A stretch of 64,000 nt of DNA. Origin: Eledone cirrhosa (taxonomy: Eukaryota). Below are positions 1 to 12,418 of the stretch, piece after piece. The position numbers and the translations under genes are program-made. Location of the stretch: positions 174,716,001-174,780,000 of the forward strand of contig OZ024742.1 of NCBI GenBank assembly GCA_964016885.1, given 5' to 3'. The notes beneath the pieces are model-generated. The model was not told where the DNA came from. It searched no databases and worked only from the letters and a program-made list of their open reading frames with translations. Numbering within the stretch: position 1 is the stretch's first letter; every line of letters begins with the position of its first letter.

Positions 1-416
1 CACAGTAATAGAGAAGACCCGCCTTACCTAAGTACAAAGTGAAACCTACTACAGTCAGTAGGCACCTCGTACAAAATACGCCCCCGTCCCACTACCCCCA
101 CCCCATCCACACCACCTATTTCAATGTAAATTATGTTGGTACCACAACATCCAGCCCGAAACAAATGAGGTCGCGTAGGTGTCACGACAAAAAAACACAC
201 AGTCCACGCTGTAATGTGGCCGTGTAGGTAACACGGTAAAAACCTATTTCCAAATTGTAAATATGGTTGGTGTTAGGAAGGGCATCCAGCCGTAGAAAAC
301 CCGCCAGACAGTCCTATGCGAGCAAGACAACCACTCTTGCCTCAAGTGGGAAAGCTCCCGTCCAAACCCATGCAAGCGTAGAAAATGGACGTTAAACGAT
401 GATGATGATGCTGATG

Positions 417-422
<6 letters not shown>
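1..422 (+). mobile_element. RTE-clade LINE, 3' end (last ORF codons, 3' UTR, (GAT)n tail)
   Basis: Closely matches 52230-52770, which follows the RT ORF (cagtaatagagaagacccgccttacctaa...ggacgttaaacgatgatgatg); ends in (gat)n followed by (ta)n. Confidence 0.9.
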
Positions 423-449
<27 letters not shown>

Positions 450-1659
450 CCCAACTTGTAGAAAACTTATAATGAAACAATTGTTTGGAAAGAGAGATAT
501 ATTTTAACTTTAATTATATCTCATATAAAATAATACAACTGGCTTTCCACAAAATACATATAGTTAGCACCCCAAACACTTAAATTGGGTTTATACTAAC
601 GTATAACCTAATGTTTGTTGAGTGAGATGGTTACCAGTCGGAGTTTAGCTTAAAGCTATCTCTGTTATTGTATTAAATATTTTACTCTTGATTTGGCCAG
701 AGATTTTATTTCCAGGTACCTTATAAACTTGACTTTCCGTATTTATTGCTGTTATGAGATATTGTTTTTTTTTTTGGGGGGGGGGTATACGTTCTCTGTT
801 TTTAGCCTCAGAAAATATCTATATGCGTACATTTATTTATTTTTTAAATTAATTGAGTTCTTAACACGCGAAATTAATATTGGTTCTGAAATAACTAATT
901 AACTCGCGTGTATTAAATATTTTACTCTTAATTTGGCCAGAGATTTACATTCCCAAACGCCTTTAAAGCGTAACTTTCCGTATTTATTACAGTTGTGAAG
1001 TGTGGTTGGTTTTTAGGTATTCACTTCTCTGTTTTTAGCCTAAGAAAATATCTATCTGCGTGTGTAATTAATACACGCATACATTTATTTTTTTAAAATT
1101 AATTGAGTTCTTAACACGTTGGATTGATAATGTTTTTGAAAAAACTAATTAACCCAAGTGTATATTATTTTATTTTTCTCGTGACTAGTGGTTGTCTCCC
1201 TTTTCCACTTCGTGACGCTATGATACTTCCTCAGTCAAAAGACTGCTGGAATTTCAAATTTGGCGGTCATTCGATGCGTGAAGGGACAACTTAACAGACA
1301 CGAAAATTAACTGCGGTAAGAAATGTTTTCTTATATCAAAGTTTAATGGGCTTCCACTGAAGATTTATAAGTGCCCACCTAAATATATTCTTACATGAAA
1401 ATGTGAGGCTTCTACATAAACTGGAAACATTCTCCCAACTTGTAGAAAACTTATAATGAAACAATTGTTTGGAAAGAGAGATATATTTTAACTTTAATTA
1501 TATCTCATATAAAATAATACAACTGGCTTTCCACAAAATACATATAGTTAGCACCCCAAACACTTAAATTGGGTTTATACTAACGTATAACCTAATGTTT
1601 GTTGAGTGAGATGGTTACCTGTCGGAGTTTAGCTTAAAGCTATCTCTGTTATTGTATTA

Positions 1660-1664
<5 letters not shown>
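450..1664. repeat. Unclassified ~1.2-kb element with 231-bp terminal direct repeats and an internal ~240-bp tandem duplication
   Basis: 450-680 and 1434-1664 are near-identical (one difference seen, ttaccag/ttacctg); ~670-905 resembles ~910-1155; (TA)n on both sides. Confidence 0.85.
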
Positions 1665-1950
<286 letters not shown>

Positions 1951-1954
1951 TTTG

Positions 1955-2175
1955 TGAAGGCGTGTGGCCGAGTGGTTAGAGAATTGGATTTCTAATCGTG
2001 AGGTTGTGAGTTCGATTCCCGGACAGGGCGATGCGTTATGTCATTGAGCAAGACACTTTATTTCAGGTTGCTCTTTCTACCTGCAGTTGCGACCGATAGG
2101 GAGTACTAGCGATTGGAAAGACCAACGGAAACGTTTTTTCCTCGGTCCGATTTGACGAAAGTCGATCGACTGTCG
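1955..2175 (+). mobile_element. tRNA-derived SINE with CORE-like segment
   Basis: Pol III A box tggccgagtgg (1965), B box gttcgattcc (2010), then gtcattgagcaagacactttatttca. Confidence 0.8.
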
Positions 2176-2191
2176 ATATATATATATATGT

Positions 2192-2520
2192 ATTTCATTT
2201 CATTTTACGTCCGCTTTTCCCTGCTTTCAAGGGTGGGACGGGAACTGATTCTGGCTTGATATCTACAGCTGGATGCCCTTCCAAACACCAAACTTACTTA
2301 CAGTGAGTGCTGTTTTTTCCCGTGGCGCGTCCACGACAACTTTTCTGTGGAATGATAGGGCCCCCAGACCTATCATCTCATTTCTACAGCTGAGTAAACT
2401 GGAGCAATGTGAAATAAAGTGTCTTGCTCAAGGAAACAACACATCACCTGGTCTGAGAATTGAACTCACAAGCTTTCGATTGCAAGGCCAATGCCCTAAC
2501 CATTAAGCCATGTGCCTCCA
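2192..2520 (-). mobile_element. tRNA-head/CORE-like SINE with RTE-derived 3' tail
   Basis: Reverse-complement copy of 17071-17458; A/B boxes, ccttgagcaagacacttt segment, tail matching the RTE 3' UTR at 50080-50340. Confidence 0.85.
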
Positions 2521-2616
2521 TATATATATATATATACATATATGTATATATATATATATATATACATATATGTATATATGTATATATATATATATATACA
2601 TATATGTATTTATATA

Positions 2617-2655
<39 letters not shown>
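2521..2655. repeat. (TA)n microsatellite
   Basis: Direct reading. Confidence 0.97.
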
Positions 2656-3010
2656 GAATTTTTTAATATAAGGAACTTGTTCTTTGTTTTTATTCATTGT
2701 TTTTATTAATTTATATATATATGTATATTATTCTGCCCATGGTATTTATTTATTGGTATGAACAGTAAAATGTTTTTTTAAAATTCTCATCAGAGCACAT
2801 TTACCAGAACATGGCTACTTTTGCCGTGGGATCATGTGTTGGGGAGAGGGGGTTGGACAAAATATGCCTAACATTAAAAGTTCATTTATGAAGTAGAATC
2901 TTTACAATAACCACAACAAGAATCTCTTGCTTAAAGACAATAAAAAAGTGATACACTATTTTGAAGAATTACTAGGAACAGATTTATGTATGTATGAATC
3001 TATGTATGCA

Positions 3011-3043
<33 letters not shown>

Positions 3044-3475
3044 GCATACACAATGCTTGTCAACATGAAAGAATGAGTGTTAAATGATGATGGATGATAC
3101 ACACACACACACACATACACACACAACCACACAAATATATCCTTTTTCACTCTTGCAATAATATTAAACTATATCATCATTATCATTGTATGAATGTGAG
3201 AGGAAATATATTTCCTATTACTCAACAATGAGTAATGGCATTTTAAGAAAGATGTTGCGATTGAGTTTGGCTGTCATTGTATTCTAGACATAGACATATA
3301 TATTATATTATTAATCAGCTATTTCTGGATGATTGGAAGCAAATCATGTATCAATATATATATATATATTTTTACACATATACATATCTGAAATCATCAT
3401 TTAATGTCAGTGTCTCCTATAAATATACTTATCTATCCCTCCATCTATTTATATATACATATATAGTTGTATGTA

Positions 3476-3519
<44 letters not shown>

Positions 3520-3943
3520 ATATGGCTGTTGCTTTAATGCTATGCTAGATTTTGCTGGCATTTATTTTCACATTTTCTATTGTAATTTAATTTGTAAAGT
3601 ACTGTTCTACTTAATGCATTATAAATTTTATAACATTTTAAAACATTTTCTTTTCAATTTGACATGTTATACTATGCATAAGAGTAAATAAATATGTAAG
3701 AGATTGCTTCCTTTGTATTCATCTAAATTTAATATTAGTTTTATTTTATTAATAGCTGACGAATCAATACTGATAATTCAGCAATACTGTAAATAATGAA
3801 TAATTTTATTTACAAATATATGAGTATGATGTAGCTGTGTAGAAGTAAAAATATATATTAAAAGTGTACTAAATGGCAGTGAAATGATAGTTGGAGTTTA
3901 AATATATATAACAATATCTATGTAACATTGTGTGTGTCTGTCA

Positions 3944-4130
3944 TAGGGCAGTGAATTGGCAGTATCGGTAGAGGGTTGGACGCCATGCTTTCTAGCATAG
4001 TTACGTCCCTTTACGGTTTGAGTTCAAATCCCGCTGAGGTTAACTTTGCCTTTCATCCTTACGGGGTCGATAAAATAAAGTACCAGTAATGTACTGGGTA
4101 ATTGCTGGCCTTGTGCCTAAAGTAGAAACA
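3944..4130 (+). mobile_element. tRNA-derived SINE, family A (Meta-domain-like gcctttcatcc...gtcgataaa...gtaccag)
   Basis: A box tggcagtatcgg, B box gttcaaatcc; exact 17-bp TSD attgtgtgtgtctgtca (3927-3943, 4131-4147); many other copies in the window. Confidence 0.92.
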
Positions 4131-4284
4131 ATTGTGTGTGTCTGTCACATGAAGAAATGCATTCAAATATTTTTTATTAGAACTCATGGAATACAAATAT
4201 AACAGAAAATGTTCTGACTTGCTCTATCAACAGTGTGTCAATCTCCCCTTCTCTCTGTATATTTATTTGTGTGTGTATGTGCAT

Positions 4285-4337
<53 letters not shown>

Positions 4338-4704
4338 TGCAAACTCTGGTAAGAATAGTGCAATCGCTTGTCAGATTCTAATGTGTGATGCTCAGATATG
4401 GATTTTCAAGCCTGCTAGAGACTTTCACTCCTTCGCACATTGATGACAACTAAGGATCTCCCTGACCTCAGATCTTGCATCAGGTTGCCTGTGAATCTTC
4501 ATGATAGCGTGATCAGAGTTCACTGATTCTCTTTGAACATGACTGCGACTGTGACTCATGAGACAAGATTTACTCAAGCAAATCTTTCCACACACACACA
4601 TATATATATATGCAAAAGGCAAACGGAAATAACAAAGCAAATGACACTGTACATGAAGAAATATATCATTAGTTATATATATATATATATATATGTATAT
4701 TGAT

Positions 4705-5400
4705 ATACATTGGGAGTGTCATGCTACCAATAAAAATACATGCACCTGTTGGTTTTCACTTCAATTTATGAACTTCCAGCTGGTTAGTTTTATAACCAGA
4801 TGGTTGGTTATTTGTTTATTTTCAAAGATCTTTCAACACACAATCTGTGACCTCCTCGGTGACTAATTTGGTATTTCGTATCTCACCATCTTGTTTTTGT
4901 GAGCTATGAGCTGTGTGCTGTGTACTTGGGATGTGCATGCATTATATCCATGTGTGTGTTCTTTTATTTATATATTTATTTACTAGTCACTAGTTAGTTT
5001 TTATCTGTACGTGTCTGGTATGTTTTATTAGTTTGGTTCTCATGTATCTCTGTATATTTTTATCTTGTCCTTAGTTACTATGTTGTGAGATTGTTGCTGT
5101 TTTTTCATGTTTTCTGTTTATTTTTGGTTGGAGTTTGTTTATCTTTGGTCTGTTCTGTGTGTAGATATGATTTTTATCTCTATGTTCTCTAGTGTGTCCC
5201 TATGTTCCATTCTAGCATGTTGGTGGAGTACTGGTAAGTTTTCCCCATCTTGGAGTTCTCACCAGTGTTCATTTATCCTTTCTCTTATGCTACAGGCCAT
5301 CTCGCTATGTATTCCTGCTATGTAGATGACATCTTTATAGTAGTTAAAACACCCCCACTGGAGAACATTCAGGAATGAGAAAGGATCACCATGGAGCATA
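4705..5400 (-). mobile_element. Penelope-like element, inverted 3' portion (GIY-YIG end plus pseudo-LTR)
   Basis: Diverged reverse complement of ~6100-6605; translates to ...SIRERINEHW, matching IGEMIKEHW of the + copy. Confidence 0.75.
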
Positions 5401-6605
5401 TCTAGCAAATAAAAAATTCCATCAACCAGAGTATTAAAGTTACCGTAGACTACCCAACCAAACACCCCAAACATAAACTACCTGTACTAGAATCAGAATT
5501 CTGGTTAGAAACCATTAGCAATAAAACATAAATCCTCCATTCACATTTTACCAAACACATAATATCCAAGTACATAATCCACTGAAACTCAGCCATTTCA
5601 GATAATGTGGAAATCCACATACTAATTACGAACTTAGCAAGAGAGATGAAAAATGTGTCCCACATGTGGGATCTTAAAGAAATATAGACACACATGCAGT
5701 TCTCTGACTACAATCTGGGAGACAGGATAAGGGTGTATAAAGGAGCAAGGGTGAAATGAATATTATAGAAAATGATGTGAATAGGATAGAAAGAACTAAG
5801 AAGACAAATAATATCAACTCATAGTATGACAGTTACAAATACCAGAGTGTAATGTTCATTAATACAACCCCCAGAGGCAAACTATCATACAGATTTTGAA
5901 GGGCTCTAGAGAAATTAAAATTGAATATCAAGGTAGTAGAAAAAACGTTTCCCTATAAAAGTAGAATGTACCCTTTTGAAAAATCTCACTGCATTGATAG
6001 AAAATGTGTAGTCTGCAGGTTAAGCCCACAAATTAAGTGTAAATCTAGGAATGTAGTATAAAGCATAAGATGAACAGAGAGACAGTGTAGGAATAGTAAC
6101 ATGACATACATTGGTGAGACAGCTCATATCATAGGGGAAATGATAAAGGAACATTGGTGAGAATTCCAAGATGAGAAAAACTCATCAACCAACATGCCAG
6201 AATGCCAACACTAGAGAACATTGAGATAAAAATTCTATCCATTAATAGAACAAATGCAATGCTCTGGCAGATTACAGAAGCAGCAAACATAAATGAACCC
6301 CAACCAAAATTGAAAAAACAAACATGAGTCGAATAGCAACAACCTAACAACGTAATAACTAAGGATAAGATAAAGATATACAGACATACAAAAACTAAAC
6401 TAATAAAACAAATTAGACACACAAGATAACAATGAAAGCAGCTACTGATGAGGACACAGAATGTGTGATGAAAACATTTAATGACAATCAACAACTAAAC
6501 AACCATCCAGTTATTAAACTGACTGAGAAATTATAATAATGAATTGTTGTAAAGCCCAACAAGTGCATGTGTTTTTATTGGGAGCATGACTCCACCAAAG
6601 TATAA
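5400..6605 (+). mobile_element. Decayed Penelope-like retroelement: RT C-terminus, GIY-YIG endonuclease, 3' pseudo-LTR
   Basis: Manual translation with stops: SIKVTVDYPTKHPKHKLPVLE.., then CVVC...CKSRNVV*SIR*TERQCRNSNMTYIGETAHIIGEMIKEHW; degenerate hammerhead core ctgatga at 6445; flanked by (TA)n. Confidence 0.82.
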
Positions 6606-7579
6606 CTATATATGTATATATATATATATATATTTATTTTCAAAAATGTGCTTTGCTACAATCTGGTGAAGAAACTGAATACCATTTATTCCATTTGTAA
6701 AGCAATATGTTATTTATGAATATTTATAGTGACTGAAGAACTATGTTAATATGGTTGGACTTGAGAAAGTGTCAGAGTGCAAATAAACTTAAGGCAGTGA
6801 CAAATTGGCAGAATTAATATTTATTCTGGCACTTTCTCTTCTGAGATCAAATCCTGCTGTGATTTAATCCGTTGCCTTTATTAACTCTTAACATTCTGTA
6901 CTGCATGAAACAACATTAGCACATTAGCAATTTATTCTTGAAAAGTATAAAACAGTACTATGACTGCATCACATTAAATATTAAATTCTTTATACAAAAT
7001 TGCACAATCTGTCTACTAGTAAAGATACTATAAAGATTTTAATGAACAAACCTAGTTTGAATAATTTCTACTAAATCATTACAGGATGTTCAGAATTAAC
7101 ATCATCAACTAGTCCTTGAATGCCTATAGCAGAGTCCACTCAGTGCTGTTTTGTACTTTTCAAGAATGTCTTTCTCTGTAGTTCGGTGTGGTTTGTCAAT
7201 TCAGATGTTTATAATATCCATTTTAGTGGATAGTCTGTTGTAAAAATTTGCAGGAAACTAAAGTAAATATTTTAATATTTAACGTGATGCAGTCATAGTG
7301 CTGTTTTGAAGAATGGGTTGCCAATCTGGTTTCATGTGGAACTGTACATTAAGAGTTAATAGCCATAAATTGTTCAAAAGAAAAAAAGGAGAAAAATAGC
7401 AAGAAAAAAATAAACAAGAAGAAAAGCAATTTGCTATTCTGCTTGTAAATCGCTGATATAAAACATTTTGACTTTTTAGTTTCAGTGATTTCAATTAATC
7501 AATCAAACCATATGAAGAAAAAAAAGAAAACCAACTTTTTTTGTTGGAAATGGAGAAACGAGAGTAATGGTGCATAATT

Positions 7580-8030
7580 ACAGATGATGATTGTGATGGT
7601 AATGATGGTGATGGCAAAAATATTTATGATTGTGATGGTGGTGATTGGGATGATGATGGTGATTGTATGATGGTGTTGGGGAAGATGGTTATGATTGTGA
7701 TGATGATGGTGATGATGATTGTGATTACAATGATGAAGAGGAAGCTGGTTATGATTGTGATGGTGATGATGATAGTGGTGATTCTAATGATGATGATGAT
7801 GAGGAAGATAGTGAAGGTGGTGATGATTGGTAGTAGTAAAGGTGGTGGCAGTGGTAATAGATGTAATGGTAGTGGTGGTAGTTGCAATGGTGGTGGTAAT
7901 AATAGTTGTAATGGCAGCATGGTGTTAGTTTTAATGGTGGTGGGAGTGATGTTTGTAATGGTGGCTGTAGTGATAGTTGTAATGAGGTGGGAGGCATGGG
8001 TGTACTATTGTAATGGTGGTTGTGTTGGTT
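7580..8030. repeat. Degenerate (GAT)n/(GGT)n trinucleotide low-complexity tract
   Basis: Direct reading. Confidence 0.9.
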
Positions 8031-8504
8031 CGCATATATTTTCCTTACACTAATGTATTTAATGTTTTTTTTTAATATCAGTATTTTATTTTATATGACA
8101 TGAGATTAGTAAGCGACTAAAGGTAATACATCTTCAGAATTTGATAACAAATGCTTAGAAAGAAAAACCTATTTATTGTGTAATATATATATTATTATAT
8201 ATATATATTCTTTACGCATTATTTTAAAAGATATGCTTTAAAACGGTATTATGAAAGTGACTTGAGATATTAATGATAACACTTTTTTAATTAATCCTTA
8301 TGGCTATAAAATGAACTGCCATTACTTTAAAGTACATTAGCATATATTTTTAAATGCTTACTAATCAATATATATATATATATATATATCACCATCATCA
8401 TTTAACAATTGCTTCCTGATATATTTTGAAAAATATTTTTACTAGATTCAGTTATTTGAGTGTGGCCAAGCTGTGGCATTGCTTATATATATACATTTAA
8501 TGCA

Positions 8505-9370
8505 TACCTTCATTTAACGTCCATTCTTCTATGCTAAAATGGGTTAGGCTAGTTGCCCTAGTTTGAGACAAGCCAGATCAGATGACTGCATCTTGCTCAT
8601 ACAAAACTGTTTTGGGCTTGGTTTCTATGGCTGGATGTCCTTCCTAATGCCAACAACATTTACACTTAGGACTGGGTGCTTTTTATCGTTTCACCAAAAT
8701 GACCACTCTACAGTGTGGACTGCGAATGTTATTGTCATGTCACTAACACAGCCACTTTAGAGTGTGGATTGGGCAGTGGTGTGGGGAAGGTGCATATATG
8801 TAGGGTGGGGCACAAAGCTGGTGAAGTGTTGGATGTTAGGATGTGTGTGAAGGGTGGAGTGATATGACGTGGGTGAAGAGTGTAGTATTAAGATGTGGGA
8901 GTGTTGCATACTAGAGACCACTAGGGCTATGCTTCAATCCATGGGATTGAAGCATTCAGGTATTCTGCAGTACTATATGATTCCAGAGATTCTCATCCTG
9001 TGTCATCATCGTTAAAGAGATGCAATTGTTTAAGATCAGTTATTATCACCTCATCCCAAGCTTTCCTAAGTTTCCATCAATTATGGGTGCTCTGCAGCTT
9101 TTTTTATACAGCTGCCATCCTTCATATGCATAACATGTCTATACCACTGCAATCTACTTTCCTGCACACTGCATCTGATCCCCCTTATGCCCAGTCTCTC
9201 TCTCAGTTCTTTTATGCTTTGTCATTCATATATATTACTATCATACATCCATCAGAGCATACAAGCTTAATTTCTTTCCAATCTTCGTAGGTCTTATGCA
9301 TGCAGTGCCTAGTTCTCTCTGCCATGTGGCATTGCTGCTTGTATACATGCATCATACCATCTGCCCTTGT
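8505..9370 (-). mobile_element. Decayed RTE LINE 3' fragment
   Basis: Reverse complement resembles the RT C-terminus (51830-52250) and the 3' UTR (ggctggatgtccttcctaatgccaac). Confidence 0.8.
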
Positions 9371-9484
9371 GTAGCTAGACTAAAAGTACTAGAAGTTCAT
9401 GTGAGTAGGCCTACCTAGCTCTACAGTCTCTCTGCTCTTATTGAATACATAAAAACTATTTGTCTTAGAAGCTTACATTATTTA

Positions 9485-9866
9485 TAGGGATTGGCGGGGC
9501 ATTGGCAGTATCGGTAGAGGGTTGAACACCATGCTGTCTAGCATAGTTATGTCCCTTTACAGTCTGAGTTCAAATCCCGCCAAGGTTAATTTTGCCTTTC
9601 ATCCTTACAGGGTCGATAAAATAAAGTACCAGTAATGTACTGGGTAATTGCTGGCCTTGTGCCTAAAGTAGAAACAATTATTTATAGGGATTGGCAGTAT
9701 CAGTAGAGGGTCGGACGCCATGCTTTGACGCATAGAATTACGGCCCTTTATGATCAGAGTTCAAATCCCGCCGAGGTTAACTTTGCCTTTCATCTCATGG
9801 GGTCGATAAAATAAAGTACCAGTAATACACTAGGTAATTGCTGGCCTTGTGCCAAAAGTAGAAACA
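9485..9866 (+). mobile_element. Head-to-tail dimer of SINE family A
   Basis: Two copies (~9485-9676, ~9685-9866) separated and flanked by attattt(t)atagg. Confidence 0.9.
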
Positions 9867-10049
9867 ATTATTTTATAGGTGTGTAGACAGACTTGTCATA
9901 ATGTTGTCACTGCTTTCATGTCTATGTTGAAGTGTTTCTTCTTTGACAAATTAATAGTTTATGTGGTATAATTTGAGGATCCATCATTACTGGTAGATTC
10001 ATATTTATTTTTTTAACAGCCTAGTGTAACATTTGCTGTGTTAATATTA

Positions 10050-10480
10050 AAATAATGAAATATATGTAGTGGGATTTCAAGTAGGCTGGCAAAGAATGGA
10101 GGTTTTATAAGTGGTCATTGCACAGGCAGAGTAAGTCACAAGAACTCACAGGATACTAGTTCCTTTAAATGCCTCCATGGCTCAGTAGAAGTAGTTGATA
10201 GTTTCTCTTATTTTGGCGACCGAATTAGCATTGGAGGTGAGTGTTCAGAAATTACAGTAGCTAGTGGAAGAATTGAATAGAGAAAGTGCAGGGAACTACT
10301 ACCACTACGAGCCACAAAATGTTTTTTTCCTCCAAACGAAGAGCAGATGGTATGATGCATGTATAAGAACAGCAATGTAATGACACTTGGGCAAGAAATT
10401 AAGCTGGCATACTTGGATGGATGTAAAATAGTAATATACACAAATGGCACAGCATAAATGAACTGAGAGAGAAACTGTGC
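10050..10480 (+). mobile_element. Highly decayed RTE RT fragment
   Basis: Similar to 51660-51990 (gtagaagtagttgatag...ggcgaccgaattagcattggaggt). Confidence 0.7.
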
Positions 10481-11344
10481 ATGTGTGAAAGAGTTTGTGT
10501 CTCTCTATATTGATCAGTGTGTATTGTAGTGAAGAGTTATGTGCCTCTATATCAAAAGTTTAACTAAGCAATTCTAATAACAGACTTGATAAAAAGAATA
10601 CCATAAAAATATAGGCATTGAGTTATCAATGAAAACTCTTCAGGATGTTGCTGCAGCATAGCCACAACCAGAGGTTGAAATCAGTAAATGCATAGCAATC
10701 AAGTATTAGTATCGATTCTTCCTCTATATTTCCTTCTCACTTTCTCTACCACTCTCACTTTCCTTCTTTGGAAAGAGGGGCATGGGCTCTGCCAGAATTT
10801 TCAAATCCATAGGACATACTCTGTTACTAAAGCATCAGGAATTATGGATCTCTACATACATTCATTTCTCAGGCTAAAAGATTACATCTTGCGTCTATAT
10901 ATGCAATCCTTTCCCTGTCACATTCTATTGATGAGCAGGTGTGATGTATCAAGTATAATGGTTCTACATTGTGGCAATGGACAATTTGTGATGTAAGGTG
11001 AAATCAACAATATTCTCAGTACAGGGAATGGAATTGAAACATTAGTTCATATTGATCAAATTAAGAATATACAACTGGAAGCATATGAATGTAATAATCA
11101 TGAAATAAGTGAGATGGTGATAGTGCCAAATAATAATGGTAGTACTTCATTAAATTTGTGAAACACAAATGTTGATGTTAACATGAATGAGAATGATCAA
11201 ATAAGTGGTGAAAATATCATTAGAAGTGTCGGTTCCATAATACATTTTAGGAACACATGAAGAAAATGATTCCTCTAGCTAAACTTATATTATTTTCATA
11301 TAATATATATCATATATACCAAAGTCATAAAATATTATATAAAT

Positions 11345-12030
11345 CATCATCATCACCATCACATGTCCATTTTTGCAAGAGTTGTCCCACTCTGAGACAA
11401 ACCAGATCATATGACTGTGTCTTGCTTATACAGAACTATTCCTGGCTTGGTTTCTATGGCTGGATGTCCTTCCTAATGCCAACCACATTTACAGCGTGGA
11501 TTAGGTGAATTTGCCATGACACCTACACTACCACTTTACAATGTGTGCTGGGGTGGGGGATGTACATGGGTATTGGAGAGGTAGATCTTAGGTGTAGCAC
11601 TTATCTTGTGAATGGTGGAGGTGTAGGGCCATGGATGAGGGATATGGGTGGAGTGTTAAGATGTGGAAGGTGTATGAAGGGTGGGGGTAGTGCATATAAG
11701 ATGTATGCTTCAATCCATCTACAGGGGAAGGTGGGTCTTCTTTTTTTTATTACATAATGCCTGAGATATCATTGCCTTTGAGAGGTGCAATTGTGCAAGG
11801 TTAGCTTATATCACCTCATCCAATGTCTACCTTGACTTCCTACACTATAACTTCCATCAACCTTGAACCCTCTGCCCCTTTTTATACAGCTGTCATCCTT
11901 CATATGCATCACATGTCCATATCAATACATTCTCCTCTCCTGCACATTGCATCTGATTCCTCTTATACACAGTTTCTCTCTCAGTTCATTTATGCTTTAC
12001 TGTTTATGTATATTACTATTACACATCCAA
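11345..12030 (-). mobile_element. Decayed RTE LINE 3' fragment
   Basis: (cat)n tail, 3' UTR motif and RT C-terminus on the minus strand; similar to 8505-9370. Confidence 0.78.
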
Positions 12031-12153
12031 TTAATTACAAATAAATATTACCACAGTATTTACAAATAATTTCAATAGACTGAAAGATAAATAAATATAT
12101 ATTGAAACCACAAATTAATTTTGATTTATCAAATATACACAGAAAACTAATAT

Positions 12154-12418
12154 TTGACCTTTATCATACCAAACAGCCTGAAACCATCCCTGAAGATATG
12201 ATATAATTCTGTTTGCTTGTTTTGTTAAAGTGCGTATATTTATCTAAGAACCTTCCACCATGATTTTATGCAAGACCTTTAAAGTTATGTTCCAAACACC
12301 AATTTAATTATGAGGAATTTAGTTATACTAAATCCTTTCAAATACTTGATTATTTTCAAATGGATTTGGAAATCAGAAGCAGTATATTTAATTAAAAATA
12401 TGGAAATGAATGGGTTAA
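12154..12418. mobile_element. MITE of ~220-265 bp with TTAA-CCC-type ends (piggyBac-like termini)
   Basis: Ends ttgacctt...gggttaa; internal similarity to 15110-15333, 23101-23511, 24834-25049, 27385-27648, 55733-55984. Confidence 0.55.

Noticed and set aside
1355-1432. ctgaaga...gaaac hammerhead-like words in the direct-repeat element
   Set aside because: Stems do not assemble around the core
1955-2030. tRNA gene (TCT-like loop); similar heads at 17071 and 3944
   Set aside because: No acceptor stem closure; continues into a SINE body
6071-6073. In-frame TGA at a likely Cys position in the GIY-YIG domain (selenocysteine?)
   Set aside because: The copy has several other stops and frameshifts and no SECIS was recognised; simple decay is sufficient
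7624-8053. M/V/G-rich and P/I/H-rich ORFs
   Set aside because: Products of a degenerate trinucleotide tract; no splice or domain evidence
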